The notes under the pieces were generated by a model. That model saw only the letters and a program-made list of their open reading frames with translations, did no database searches and was not told the origin of the DNA. Shown piece by piece: positions 35,101 through 46,795 of a stretch of DNA of 64,000 bases (position 1 is the first letter of the stretch; every line of letters starts with the position of its first letter). This DNA is from Mytilus californianus (lineage: Eukaryota): positions 82,398,001 to 82,462,000 of the forward strand of contig NW_026262679.1 in NCBI RefSeq assembly GCF_021869535.1. Direction: 5' to 3'. Both the position numbers and the translations under genes were made by a program.

Positions 35101-38079
35101 TTGCAGACTACTGGTAACTGTGAAGTAATATTTTATCACGATGGTTCAAATCAGCAATAGAATATTTCTATCAACGAATAAGACAAAGAATTACCAAAGC
35201 GGTCTTATATCATTCAGTATTATTTTATAACATAATTACAGAAAATGATTCAGGCTGTGTAAATGGTTCATTCGAGAGTGATGAAGAAGTGGTGAAGAGA
35301 AATCTCCCAGTAATGGCAGAATACCAGGGAACTCGAACATACAGAAGTGCTGTAAGTATTTTTTTTTCAATGTACACCATTTTATCATTGTGGTAATTTG
35401 TAGGTAGTTTACTTTTTCAGCTACTTGCAACACAATAATGTGGTATGATGGTCCAATGAGACAATTTTACACCAGAGACCAAATGATGTACAAGTTAACA
35501 ACTATAGGTCACCGCACGGCCTTCGACAATGAACAAAACCCATACTCCATAGCAAGCTATATAAAAGCTCTGTCATGACAAATGTAAAACAATTCAAACA
35601 AGAAAACTAGCAGTCTGATTTATGTAAATGAACGGAAAACAAATATGATATACAGTAACAAACGACAACCACTGAATTACAGGATCCTGACTTGGGACAG
35701 ACATGCACATACAGAATGTTGCGGGGTTAAACATGTTAGCGGGTGCCCAATCAGACCCCTAATCTGGAACAGTGGTATAACAGCACAACATTAGAATGTT
35801 TATATTACTATCATATGTCGATGCAACCGCTGGTTGTCTATCAGTTCCCATGTCTTCCTCTTACCTAGTAATGAGTGCGTTGGTACTGCCTTGATTTAAC
35901 GGATACATTCAAAAAGAAATTATGCCCGTGTCCAAAAACTGAGATTGCAGACAGTACGTTTTAGGCGGATTTTTTGATATTCTGTTTAGGCCTTTTTGGT
36001 TCTTGTGTTCCAAACGTTTTTACTTCTTTTGAGTTCACAAACTATAGGTCTCGAGCGTATCGAGCTTTTCTTACAGAAACACTTGTCACTAGTCATGCGC
36101 GCTTAAATCAGAATTGTATGTCTGTATACCATATTACCAGCTGTCACTATGGCAAACACAATAGGAATAGTGTTCCCGATTGCCATTCAAAACAATTGTT
36201 ATTTTTTTCTTCGTGTACAGCAGGTTTATGTATACTGTTCCGATTCACGGTAGTTGCAATACATTGGATTTTGCAATCGTGCAGATTTTGATCGTTGTGA
36301 ACTATTTCATCTGCAGTACCAATAGTCAGTTAGAGGGTGTGGTTTATATTAAATTACAATTCATAATTTAGATTAACGAATAGAAAATAAATCCTTCGGA
36401 ACAATTACCAATACAGTCTTTCAAAGCCCTCCTAAAATTTAATGACTAACATCCCCACAAAAGAAATAATGCAATTGACATGATTTTGATCTCTTGTTAG
36501 GAAGGAGATCCATATTTTATTTTTGCAATTTAGTAGTTTTAATGCAAGAGTAAATTGTAATCAATTAAAAGATTTTGCTAATAAATAAAAAAACTTATAT
36601 TCACAAGGAACGACATATAAGGAGATTGGGCTCTAGTAGAGTAACCCCTTAGCAACGACAATCCACATAATAGATTTGAAAATATTTTTAAAGATCACAG
36701 GTCATTTTAATGAGACCTCATACCGCAAGGTTGCCAGTTACTTAACTTTGGATTCATAAATATTCGTCGGATGCCAATTTTTATGGATTTAGTAAGATGC
36801 AAAGATTTAGTTTTGAAGTTCGGCTGTACCTTTAGAAAACTTATTTCAAAGGGAATAGCACATCCTAATTTTTACGATCATGTTGTTAACCGAGCCCGGA
36901 AATTTAGATACGATCCGGGTAGGCTTATTAATCCTTTAAATAAACTTCTTCTAAAAGGTTAGCAGTTCTACACTGCAATTAGATCTTTGAATATTGTTTT
37001 TTATTGATAAAAATGTTGATTTTGTTATCAGTAAAACCATACTAAATATTATTGTTATGCACAAATGCACATTCACGGTTCTACAATCTGTCCTTGCCTA
37101 TATTTTGGCATTGCACAAGGTCATATTTTTCTCTGACTGTAAGTGACGTCTTTACACAAATATACCATATAATCCATTGGATATTGGATGTGTACTGATT
37201 GATATTTTAGTCTCAGATACATGATTGGCTTTGAACTAGCTGTCAGTAACTTCGAGTACTCTCATTTTTTGTTGTTAGGGATGTAAAAATACCCTGCTAC
37301 GTCCGGTTTGTTAGATGTGTTTCTGCTTTGTATCGATCTAATGAGTTAAGCCCTTTTCAACTGATTTGTATAGCCGACTATACGCATTCTTTATATGCCT
37401 GTCCCAAGTCAGGAGTCTGTAGTTCTGTGGTTGTCGTTGTTTCATGTCTGTCATATTTGTTTTTCGTAAATTATTTTTTATAAATTAGGCCGTTAGTTTC
37501 TCAATTGAATTTTTTCATATTTTTCATGTCGGGGCCTTTTATAGCCGACTATACGGTATGGGTTTTTCTCATTGTTAAAGGCCGTACGGTAGCCTATAAT
37601 TGCTTACATCCACTTTATTTAAACTTTGGTGGATAGTTGTCTCATTGGCAATCATACCTCATCTCCTTATTTTTATATACGGTATGCGTTTTTCTCATTG
37701 TTGTTGCCTATCATATCTTACATCGACTTCATTTGAACTTTGAGTGGATAGTTGTGGTACTCACTCCACATCTCCTTATTTTAAATTGGGTTTCTGTCCA
37801 CTAAACTCCATGAAATACAAGTTTAGTGACATTGATTGGAGCAAATGATAAAACCACGAAATAAAATAAACAGCATGTATGGGGTTATGTATTTGTCTAA
37901 TCTCGAAAATTGATACCAACGAGAATAAATGAAACTACAATATATAGCTAGTGCAAATGAAACCATAATATGTAGTGCAAGTAAAGATAATGAATTGTAT
38001 ATGTGAATGCTTTCAAATTTTTGTTATTTTAACACACATTTTTTTATTGTAGGAGGGTGTTCCATTGACAGACCTGTAG
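29196..38079 (+). CDS. Voltage-sensor-domain-only protein, divergent Hv1 (voltage-gated proton channel) family member, ~482 aa if the tentative 5' exons are right
   Basis: Phase-consistent GT-AG exons 29196-29320, 31083-31261, 31688-31741, 32455-32605, 32963-33078, 33815-33905, 34434-34943, 35242-35351 and 38053-38079 (stop). S1 IIALTVVDIFFITVELMI; S2 HYISLVIALIFFIELLLRL; S3 QLIDGFTVFNLAAIEVL; S4 IVALRLLRIPKAC; then a coiled coil, a Ser-rich tail and C-terminal RTYRSAEGVPLTDL*. Tentative in-phase 5' exons are 20107-20137 and 27737-27791. Confidence 0.85.
32255..32410 (+). mobile_element. Family 2 3' terminal fragment (intronic)
   Basis: GTCGGGGCCTTTTGTAGCTGACTATACGGTATGGG...CGTACGGTGACCTATAA...GTTGTCTCATTGGCAATC. 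Confidence 0.8.
35435..35790 (-). mobile_element. Family 2-like 3' region with a degenerate twister motif (35669-35775)
   Basis: Minus strand CCACTG..AGGGG-TCTGA (GAGGG lost)..AACATGTTTAACCCCGC..CTGTCCCAAGTCAGGATCCTGTAATTCAGTGG. Confidence 0.8.
36690..37680 (+). mobile_element. Penelope-like element family 2: RT C-terminal remnant plus 3' region
   Basis: KDLVLKFGCTFRKLISKGIAHPNFY..PLNKLLLKG aligns with KDIIRKYSSTCRLLIRSGISHPIFY..PLNRLIKKG of the family 1 ORF. The 3' region has an internally deleted twister motif (3' half at 37398-37430) and the shared tail. Confidence 0.8.
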
Positions 38080-40196
38080 CCATACAAATAATAAAGGAGT
38101 CTGGAATTTAATTACGGACAAATAGATTAATGCACACATGCTTTACAATATCCTGCATCATCTTCCTGTCAATCAATGTTTTGCGCATTAACGTTTTTAG
38201 TATGGCTCTTTTTTTAAATTGATTCTTGGATGGTTAATTAAACATCCAAGCTGTTTCAAACGTTGCGTTTAAGATTGCACTAGAATAATAATGTCATTGT
38301 GTCATAGACACATTTAAAAGATATCTTAGTCTGACAGTTACGTGTGATATGGTCTTTCCAGTTTGATTAGTAATAAACATAAACTTTTTCAATACATATA
38401 TCATAACTCCCGTAATCGTGTCGTTTGAAAGTTAATATGACTTAAAGTTCAGAAATATCATCTGTGCATTTCATCAATTATTTCATACCATTAATTGTAT
38501 ATCATTGTTATTTTTTTCATTTTTAATGCATTTATTTTTTATAACAAAGCATAATTCTACTGCTTTAAATATAACATATTTGATATAAATATGTTAGATA
38601 AATATTTAATAATCAAACGACTTTCGAGAATTCCAGTATGAATATTTTATTACCTTATTAACATGACATACAATATATATACAGTTAATTAATTTTTGTA
38701 ATATATATAGTACCCCTCCCTCCCCCGAAAGTCAATCTTAATTCCAGCATGCATTCATGCAGTCGCAATTATTGTATTTTGAATACATTTTCTGGATAAT
38801 TAATGAGAAAAGGTTCCAAACTGTGAAACGTTAATTAATAAGAGTCGCAAGTCTTTAAAATTTGTATTCCATGTAAGGAATAGATGTTTACTTTTACTGC
38901 TGCTATTTTCTAGGAACGTCCTCAACTGTCTCAACTGACAATAGTCCTTTGTTTTATTATATTTCATTGTTGAAATTATTGTTAAAATTTTTTTTATTAT
39001 ATGTAAGTTATATTAGTAAATATCTTAGATTTTATATATAAAAATTAAGAATCGTTCGTGTGTGTGTGTGTTTTTTTTAACGGTTTATAGAAATAAACTA
39101 TAATGTAGACCGACAAAATTCTGACCACAAATATAAAAAGACATTTCCTCTTTTATTAATACGGAAGTAGGGAAAACAAAGTGTTGGAAAGGCCATAGGA
39201 CAATATAAAACCCTTCTAAAACAAGATAAATCACAAGTAGTGCGCCTGTGTGAATGGGAAAATCCTAGATTTAGTTCGATAATCTAGGATTAAGTAATAA
39301 AAGTAGTTATGGCGTGCCATACGCATGTTTTAACAGCAATCAACACTGAAAACTTAAAAAACCTCAAAATAAACAGACGAAACTAGCAAAAAGGAATCTA
39401 TGTGATTCATAATAACTTTTGACTATGATTATGTAGAAATAGTGCATCATCTATGTAATAAAGTAGAAAAGAATGAATAGGGACAACCCATGGAAAAATT
39501 CCTGCTTTATGTAATTACTAAAGCAACAGAGCGACGTACAATGCGTGCCTACTGGAATGTGAATGGCATAAATCTGCTGAACGAACAGTACAGTCATTTC
39601 TACGAAAAGACTATTAATTTGGAACAATATCTTTATCAGAGTACTAGTACTTTCTTTTTTTCAATCATTTCCCCTTAAAAAAACAAATACACTACTTTTT
39701 ATTTATTTTATTATACATATAAACCTGTCTTCGACTGACGTACTTGATGACTCTCTTCATTACATGTTGCTCTTGATAAAGAATTGCTTCCAAAGCATCT
39801 CCATGCAATTTCAAGGAGGTCTTTAAGTGTTTGGAATGCCTATGGATGTTGCTCCTTCCACTTTTCTCAGGATGGCTTGGATTTGGTCTTCTTTTTGTTT
39901 GGTGATGGGATCAGATATTCCAAAAGTGCTTCTCATATATCATTAATAATGACGTCATAAAATTAACATGCAGAATGTTTTTCGGATGTTATCTGCAAGG
40001 CAATCCTTCATCGGTTTTGGTATGTTGCAGGAGAGTTCGTAACTCCAAACTCGACGAGCCAAGAGGTCCTACGGAGAAGGGAGTGAACTCATTATGGTCA
40101 TTCCAAAATTTCCACCTGATGATAACCTGACATCATGTCTACGACGGAAAAGAATTTACTGCCAGCACAGCAACTAAGAGCTCTTATATGGGAGGA

Positions 40197-40449
40197 GGGC
40201 CTCGATGGTCGAGTGGTCTAAGTAGTCGAACTACTGTATCACTACCCGATCTACACTGAGGTTGTGAGTTCGAATCCCGCACGTGGCAGGTGCGCTCGAT
40301 TCCAATTTTAATTAACTGTGATTGTCAATTTTCCTACCGAAGGTCTGTGGTTCTCTCCGGGCACTTCGGCTTCCTCCATCTATAAAAACTGACCACCACG
40401 AAATCGTACTATAGTGCTGAAAGTGGCGTTAAACACCAATCAATCAATT
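40197..40449 (+). mobile_element. tRNA-derived SINE inserted in the Gypsy RT
   Basis: A box TGGTCGAGTGG, B box GTTCGAATCC, central GGTTCTCTCCGGGCACTTCGGCTTCCTCC, (TCAA)n tail. Imperfect TSD TTATATGGGAGG / TTATACGAGGG. Confidence 0.9.
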
Positions 40450-41989
40450 TATACGAGGGTGTGTAACTTTGCTTATTCAACTGTCTGTAATCCACACACA
40501 TTCTCATCTGTCCATTTTTCTTTCTAACGATGACAATTACGGATGCAAATTGTTGCTTAAGATGAGATATAACTTGATCATACATTGGCATTGGAATTCT
40601 TCTGTACCGGTGTTTAAAAGTAGTCTCATCAAGCAGATCTATCCATTGTTTAACTCTGTCTGATGTGTCCTAAAACATCGTCTCCTCTACTGAAAATGTC
40701 GGTATATCTCAATATCAGTTGTTTCCCTTCATCAAGTTGTTCATCTGCGAGGTCATGCTTGGTAATATCCACTTCAGATCTTCTTCATTATTATAGTTGA
40801 TTGTGCTCCAATAGTAACTAGTTGGATTTCACAAATTATGGCTTACGATGGAATGGTTATGGTTCTGGTTGTGATGTTAGATAATCTGACTGTAAGTGTT
40901 TCATTTCCCTAGTGATGCTATTACTAAAAATTGGTTCTATATCAATTTCCCTGTAATTTTCTGCCAATGAAGTTGATTATATGATAGATGGAGTTGTTTT
41001 GTATGAATATTTCTTTGTCATAATAGCCAGTAACTGTAGTTGTGGTATTCGGAAGGGTGGTTATTCTATTGCATGTTTTTATAACTGTCACTCTATTGCT
41101 GTTCTTGGTTAACTCTTTTTCCTCATTGTTTAACATCTGAAGGTCATATACCATGGAGCTGTTAAAGCGGCATTCTGCAAATATCTTGCTCTGTGATGCT
41201 CCTTCAGATAAAACATCATGATTTCAAGTAATATGTTTGGTATGTGTTCACTATATCTACTATCTGGCACTACTAGCATTAAATGTTGGTATTTCCAGAT
41301 ATCTTGATGTTAACCACTATATATCCGGAATGAGCCGAGATACTCTAACATTTTATGAACAACAATATTTAACGCAGCAATTAGTTAACCACAGAGTTAA
41401 AATTTTAACGCCTCGTTAGGGTTAATCGTCGTTAAATTTAATGACACTTTTGAACAATTGGGTCCAGTGCATTCAACTTCAAATGTTATCTCAATTTTTC
41501 AATGGAACTGACTGTCGTTGATAAATATTCTGTATAAAATGACTCTGCAATTGTCGATATGGTTGACCCTGTATCCAATAACACTGTAATTTTCTTCCGT
41601 TCAAATATATGTCAGTCTCAGAAGGTGTTCCAAATAATCCAGGTGGTGTCTTCACTCTGTTGTTACTAACCTTAAAATCTGGACCTGATCCTACTAGAAA
41701 AACTTCCAATAGTTTAAATGTTGTAAAAAAACCTCGTCATAAATGAATGATCCAATCTTGCATGGTATTCTATTTGTATGTGTCCTTGTCCACATCGTCT
41801 ACAAATAACTGTGTTGTTCGGTTGATTGGATACTAAGTACTCTTTGTTGGAAGGTTGGTTGTTGTTGGTGAGACTGATTTGTACTATGATGTTGTCCTTG
41901 GTGTCCATTGCACCATTGTCTACCTGTTAAAGTACCTCTATTGTCCCAAAAATTGTTTCTTTAAAACTCAGTAAAGTCATGTGTTAATG

Positions 41990-42350
41990 GAAAAAGTAAA
42001 ATCACAAAAATACTGAACTCCGAGGAAAATTCAAAATGGAAAGTCCCTAATCAAATGGCAAAATCAAAAGCTCAAACACATCAAACGAATGGATAACAAC
42101 TGTCATATTCCTTACTTGGTACAGGCATTTTCTTATGTAGAAAATGGTGGATTGAACCTGGTTTTATAGCTAGCTGAACCTCTCACTTGTATGACAGTCG
42201 CATCAAATTCCATTATATTGACAACGATGCGTGAACAAAACAAACAGACACAATAGGTAAAAAATGCCAAAAACAGGGGTACAGCAGTCAACATTGTGTT
42301 ATCATCTTAATCACTATAAAAACAAACAAATGTAACAAAGAAGCACAAAA
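41990..42350 (-). mobile_element. Repeat family 3 copy inserted in Gypsy gag; twister-like motif at 42099-42198
   Basis: Minus strand ACTGTCATA|CAA|GTGA|GAGGT|..GTT|CAA|TCC|AC|CATTTTCT-AGAAAATG|CCTG|TACCAAGT|AAGG|AA|TATGACAGT. Confidence 0.8.
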
Positions 42351-43049
42351 AGGCTGTACCATTCTATTCAGTTCTTCATAATCCTGTCACCCTGTTTTGG
42401 TGGTAGTTGTTACTGTTTTGGCTGTATTAGGTTTCAACTTTCTGGGCTGATGGTCCGTTTCCAATTGACGCAACGCTACTATAAGATGGTTGAAATCCTT
42501 AATGGTGTTGTACTTGTATCCACTTATATCCTTAAGTTCTTGTCATAAACTTGTATAAACATGGCGTGTAGCATAGAATTCATCTCTTTGCAGATCAATG
42601 CCCGTTTAAAGTTTATTTATACCCAATATATCCTGTAAACTATTACTCCAAGTAGTAACATCGTCATGGTCTCCCTGTCTTGCACTATAAAATTCTGCAA
42701 GTAATTGGTCCTTGTTGTCTATGATTCCATATACCCTGTCCTATACCTTCATTATCTGTTCCATAGGTTTCTCAAATCCCTGGTGCACGACTTATCCAGA
42801 CGCTGATCCTGTTAGCGATCGTCTAATTGCAAATTTCTTTTGCTGTCTGCCGTACGATGGTCGATTTCACGTCATAACGCAAGACAAATTGAAAGGGTTG
42901 GTCCTGCTTTGTTTCATAAAAAAAGAATGGCCAACGTAGATACAAGTATCTTGTCTAAGGGAGGGATAAATCGTAATTTGTAAAAAATCACTCTGATTCA
43001 AACAAAAAATTCTCTGAAACTGACATTATCAAGATGCTTGATTTCTTGA

Positions 43050-43992
43050 TTGACAGTTATGTTTGGAGGACGTGTTTTTCAACAAACAATGGGAACAAAC
43101 TGTGCCCCTCTTCTTGCCGACTTGTTCCTTAATTCATATGAAGCTGACGTCATCCAGGAGCTTCTTAGGAAGAAAGAAAAGAAGTTAGCAGGTATCTTTT
43201 AAATTCACTTTCCGCTATATAGATGATGATCTCTCACTAAACAATTCAACATTTGGTGACTATGTTGAACGCAGCATCTATCCCATCCTTGAGATAAAGG
43301 ATACAACAGATACAGTTAAGTCTGCCTCATATCATGACTTACATCTAGAAATTGACAACGAGGGTCGGTTGAAAACAAAACTTTACGACAAAAGAGATGA
43401 TTTCAGCTTCCCAATTGTGAAATTTCTATGTAGCAACATCCAAGCAGCGTCTGTATACGGAGTATATATCTCCCAATTGAAACGATATTCTAGGGCATGC
43501 ATTTCATATCATGATTTCCTTGATAGAGGGTTGCTGCTCACAAGGAAGCTATTAGACCAAGAGTTCCAATTGGTGAAGTTGAAATCATTCCTTCGTTAAT
43601 TTTACGGACGCCATCACGAGTTCGTTGACCGTTATTGAATATCCGTTTCACAGATGACAACGGATATGTTCCAATTGTTGTAACTACAATCCCGCCCCCT
43701 TTTCCCCGAAAGTGACCTACCGAATTAGACTCATCACCAGGTTTGTACTAACATGAGCAACACGACGGGTGCCACCCGAGGAGCAGGATCTGCTTACCCA
43801 TCCGGAGCACCTAAAGATCACCCCCAGTTTTGGTGGGGTTCGTGTTGCTCAGTCTTTAGTTTTCTATGTTGTGTTTTGTGTACTGTTGTTTGTCTGTTGG
43901 TATTTTTTTTTTCTTTTTTAGCCATGGCAATGTCAGTTTATTTTCGACTTATAAGTTTAAATGTTCCTTTGGTATCTTTCGCCTCTCTTTTA
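43050..43992 (+). mobile_element. 5'-truncated Penelope-like element family 4 (frameshifted RT plus 3' UTR)
   Basis: MGTNCAPLLADLFL, FRYIDD, KTKLYDKRDDFSFPIV, YGVYISQLKRYSRAC and FYGRHHE, followed by the most frequent repeat in the window. Confidence 0.9.
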
Positions 43993-45004
43993 TGTTAAAT
44001 GGAAAATCTCCTTTGTTGTCCAGAAAAGGATTGAACCTTTGGCGGATGAGAAAATATTGTAGTTGGTTTTTCTTGTGGTTTTCTAATATAACCTCCTTGG
44101 TTGTACATCGTCATTTCCGAATTTTGTTTGTACGATAAGTCCGTGCATTTCGTAGACACAATATTAGATGGACTGTATATGCGACGAACAATATTAATCA
44201 CGAGCATTGTACATAGTGCTGTCTTGCTTTCTTTATTATGTGTCAAATGTTTTACGAATTCTGGCTTTCCTATTTTTATTTTTATGATGAACGTATCTGA
44301 TAAAAGGTTAAAAATCTTGATTGGTTGATTTCTTATTGCTTAACGTCCAATGAGCTTGAAATCTAGATTGCAACTTGAAAAAGGAGGACTGTTGAACAGG
44401 GACAGAACTTTTGCCTTCTTGCAGACCACCTACAAAAATATACCTTTCCTAAACGATAAATACGTATATTATTTAACAGAGACCAGTGCCTGTGCTACGA
44501 GCCTATATAGTCTAGAATATAACAGAGGTCCATAAGGCATGTATTTATTTCCAATTCTTTACTTACGAAACAATCTACAGACCTGCGAATCTTTGATCTA
44601 AGTTTCATGGAGTATAAAAGGGTTTATAAGGGGTGACCAGACCGTGGTCAATGGCTACAAAACACAGCTGCTATAATGAAACAAGTAACCAGTAGTACAT
44701 AAGGGTATGTTGGAAGCTTAGAACAGGTTTTCACCAATGACTCTTCTGTAGAGGAAAATGCATGTCTTGCTTACTAAATTATAAGCTTATTTCTAGACAA
44801 ATGCACATACTATTACTGATAATTGTTACTCAAGAGTTTGACATCTTAATTTTCTAAGTAACATCAAGGGTATATGTAGTAAGACTTACTATACAAAAAC
44901 TTGGTTACAAACCCATTTCAGCCATTCCTGGTTATGTAAACTTGATTAAATTTATGCTTATTAATTAGTGTGAAGGTCATATAAATAACAAATATGCAGG
45001 ATTA

Positions 45005-45330
45005 CAGATCTGCCAACTTTCCTGATTCATGAGGAATTTTCCCGATTAGAGTGTTGACCCAACTCTTGAAATCCTAAAAACATCAAAACAGATATTCAAA
45101 TCATTCACAATCATTACCTAAGATTAAACACACTTATGACATGTTGGTTTTGATTTGCTTAAAATCACCCGTGGAGATTTTGAAAAAATGGCAGATATGC
45201 AAGAAACCACTAGATTATTTAGAAATCTACCTATAAATTCCATATCCTTTCTAAAGCCAATCAGTTCAGTAGATAAATATAGAAATAAGAAAGATTTAAC
45301 CACCGGTACTCTCCATCTTGGCAGGTCTTC
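45005..45330. mobile_element. MITE with ~11-bp TIRs
   Basis: AGATCTGCCAA at ~45006 and TTGGCAGGTCT at ~45318. Confidence 0.5.
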
Positions 45331-45874
45331 TGTGATGAGATAAGCACTTAAGCAAGGAATAAACTATTTTATGTTGTCTTCTTATTTTAAAATTGTATGT
45401 CTAGGAGATGCACATTTTGAACATGTTTATCTAAATGGCACATTTATCTCTAAATGCAATTTTGAAATTTTGACTTATTCTGACCTACATATCTTGAATA
45501 TTTATACTTCATAAAAAACAACACAGATAAAATGCAACCCAAACATATGTACCTAACCAAATGAACTAATTTTTTTCCAGAGATCAAATTATTGGACAGA
45601 CAATACACCAATAATATCATTGGGACATGTACTTCTAGACCATGTAGCAATACTATCGTTGGACATATATTTCTAGACCTCACAGCAACTGATTAATGCA
45701 TGGAATAGAATCTGTGATTTTATATTTCATTATGACAACAACACAGATATAAACTCATAAAATTTATATGAATGATACCTAAGGTTTTTGGACTAGATGC
45801 TTCAGATCCCTGTATTGCTCAACAATCTAAGAGAGCTTATGGAATCATAACAATATGTTATTTAAGTAATATAT

Positions 45875-46070
45875 AAACTCATCATAGATACCAGGATTAA
45901 AATTTTATACACCAGACATGCATTTCGTCTGCAACATGTACAAAGACTCATCAGTGAGGCTCCAATCAAAAAAGTTTAAAGGCCAAATAAAGTATGAAGT
46001 TGAAGAGCATTGAGGACCCAGAATTCCAATAAGGTTTGCCAAATACAACTAAGGTAATCTATTCCTTAAC
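45875..46070 (-). mobile_element. Retrozyme fragment with a nearly complete type I hammerhead (45909-45963)
   Basis: Minus strand GAGCCTCA-CTGATGA-GTCT-ttgtacatgttgc-AGAC-GAAA-TGCATG-TC-TGGTGT. Core and stem II are intact, stem III is minimal and stem I is weakened. Confidence 0.8.
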
Positions 46071-46699
46071 ATTGGAGATCATTCTTAAAGTATGCAAGTA
46101 CAAAGGTGCACAACTCAAAATAAACTTTTTGTGCTTTCAGGCAGGTCACTTTTCATGTTTTTGTTGCTTTTCATAAGATTGGAACAATTAAAAAATAAAT
46201 TTAAAAGACTTTTTAGACAATCTTCTTATAATCATTCATACCACATCTTCTTATACCTATATAATGCTTGCAAGCTTTTAAGGAGAAGAAATTAGAAAAC
46301 TGAACATAGAAACTCTTAGGACCTCCCATCCTTCCTGTTTAGTTCACACTGGATTAGTGCATTCTGACAAGAATTTCCAATATGGTACCTGAGCAAAGGC
46401 ACCTCTTTAGTATCTGAACATAAGCACAAAAAAACTGTGGAATCTGTTTATTGCATCACTAAGAGATCATTCCCCTAAAGTTTTAGAAGATTACACCTTT
46501 TAGATTCAAAGGAAAAGAATTTGAAAATTGGCATATCTGCATTTAAATTACCTCTGATGGCCTGTAGAAAAAATTAGATTTGTTTTTGACTAAGCTTTGA
46601 TTCTTTATTCATGCTAAGATTGGTTCAAATAGGGAAATCTGATGCCAAGTTACAGTAAAAGCTCCAGGTAATCTCTTGAAGCCAGGTGAGTTCAACATG

Positions 46700-46795
46700 A
46701 AACTAAGAGGCTCTAAAGAGCCTGTGTCGATCACCTAAGTCTGTGCGCATCTTCAACAATGGACACTATTTGGGCCAGGTGAGCTAAAAAATGAG
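46700..46795 (-). mobile_element. Short HINE/Helentron-like element
   Basis: AACTAAGAGGCTCTAAAGAGCCTGTGTCGATCACC...CAGGTGAGCTAAAAA, with the same terminal hairpin as 2400-2432. Confidence 0.55.

Larger units (their letters stand above)
39720..42910 (-). mobile_element. Decayed Ty3/Gypsy LTR-retrotransposon internal region (gag-protease-RT-RNase H), with two nested insertions
   Basis: Minus strand, in order: gag-like EFYSARQGDH..KDFNHLIVALRQLE (~42450-42700); CRRCGQGH knuckle (~41790); protease LLDTGSTIST (~41520); RT VRKKNGQMRMCVDYRQLN (~40480) and SKFFSVVDMMSGYHQVE..FGVTNSPATYQ (~40000-40170); RNase H ILYQEQ..KRVIKYVSR (~39730). No LTRs were recognised. Confidence 0.85.

Noticed and set aside
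40197-40285. tRNA genes at 40197 and 62869
   Set aside because: A and B boxes are present but there is no proper cloverleaf, and both continue into a shared SINE body with tail and TSDs.
43766-43849. HDV-like ribozyme in the family 4 3' UTR (GGGTGC/GCACCT with a G.U first pair)
   Set aside because: No P2/P3 nested pseudoknot and no C-(R)-A-A J4/2. A simple three-way junction explains the pairing better.
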